Assembly (NCBI GenBank): GCA_951804945.1
Contig: OX638151.1
Location: 63,984,001-64,048,000, forward strand
Length of the DNA stretch: 64,000 nt
Origin: Podarcis cretensis
Lineage: Eukaryota
Direction: 5' to 3'
Shown piece by piece: positions 63,474 through 64,000 of this stretch (within the stretch, counting starts at the first letter, position 1; the number at the start of each line of letters is the position of its first letter). Under the pieces are notes generated by a model. It was not told where the DNA came from, searched no databases, and was given only the letters and a program-made list of their open reading frames with translations. The position numbers and the translations under genes were made by a program.

Positions 63474-63715
63474 GTAAAGGTAAAGGGATTCCTGACCATT
63501 AGGTCCAGTCATGGCCGACTCTGGGGTTGCGGCGCTCATCTCGCTTTACTGGCCGAGGATGCCGGCGTACAGCTTCCGGGTCATGTGGCCAGCATGACTA
63601 AGCCACTTCTGGCAAACCAGAGCAGCGCACGAAAACGCCGTTTACCTTCCCGCCGGAGCGGTATCTATTTATCTACTTGCACTTTGACGTGCTTTTGAAC
63701 TGCTAGGTTGGCAGG
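63474..63715 (-). mobile_element. Sauria SINE, 5'-truncated
   Basis: Same core as the 5308 and 33826 copies; TSD caatatctggtag at 63461-63473 and 63720-63732. Confidence 0.92.
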
Positions 63716-63936
63716 TTGACAATATCTGGTAGTCCAGCTAATTAAACAGCCTTAGTTCTATTAACTTACTTCTGCCCTTTAATCCTAGCCACTTATTCAA
63801 GGAGGCCTGTCAGCATATTTTTGTGGGAGGTTTAAAGTGAGCATTGGGCACTGTGGGATAAGTAAATGCCATTTCCCATTAACAAAACCGGATTGAGTGA
63901 CTGGAAACACAAAGTGAAATGTATGAGCCTGCTGAC

Positions 63937-64000
63937 CTTGCCTGTAGAATTCCTCACAAACCCGTTCACTCCACTGTTTGCTCATCTCCCAGAGCCGGCA
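63937..64000 (-). CDS. PDE7B: PDE7B catalytic-domain exon (partial, extends beyond window)
   Basis: CRLWEMSKQWSERVCEEFYRQ-G; donor AAG|GTCAGC, phase 1. Confidence 0.95.

Overview
Eukaryotic, intron-rich vertebrate DNA, almost certainly from a squamate and probably a lacertid lizard (Sauria SINEs, a tRNA-Lys/CR1-tail SINE, BovB, CR1, L2, Penelope and many MITEs). The window holds four protein-coding genes. (1) The first two coding exons of a minus-strand gene (1587->394, continuing off the left edge) whose N-terminus aligns without gaps to the fungal armadillo-repeat protein Vac8 and has an MG+Cys acylation-type start. It lies head-to-head with BCLAF1 and is the most unusual item here. (2) Complete BCLAF1 (+; 2 UTR exons plus 11 coding exons, CDS 10517..28895, 918 aa). 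Its known alternative splice sites appear conserved, and it carries several candidate poison exons and alternative C-terminal exons. (3) Complete MTFR2/FAM54A (+; CDS 36373..47198, 333 aa), possibly with a recently truncated C-terminus. (4) The last three coding exons and 3' UTR of PDE7B (-). The BCLAF1-MTFR2-PDE7B order matches the mammalian locus as I recall it. Other notable items: a Penelope foldback with a decayed minimal hammerhead ribozyme nested in a MITE, a locally templated 52-bp inverted duplication, a solo LTR, and a 274-N assembly gap. Exon boundaries were derived by hand from GT-AG signals and frame continuity. Homology calls are from recalled sequences, not database searches.
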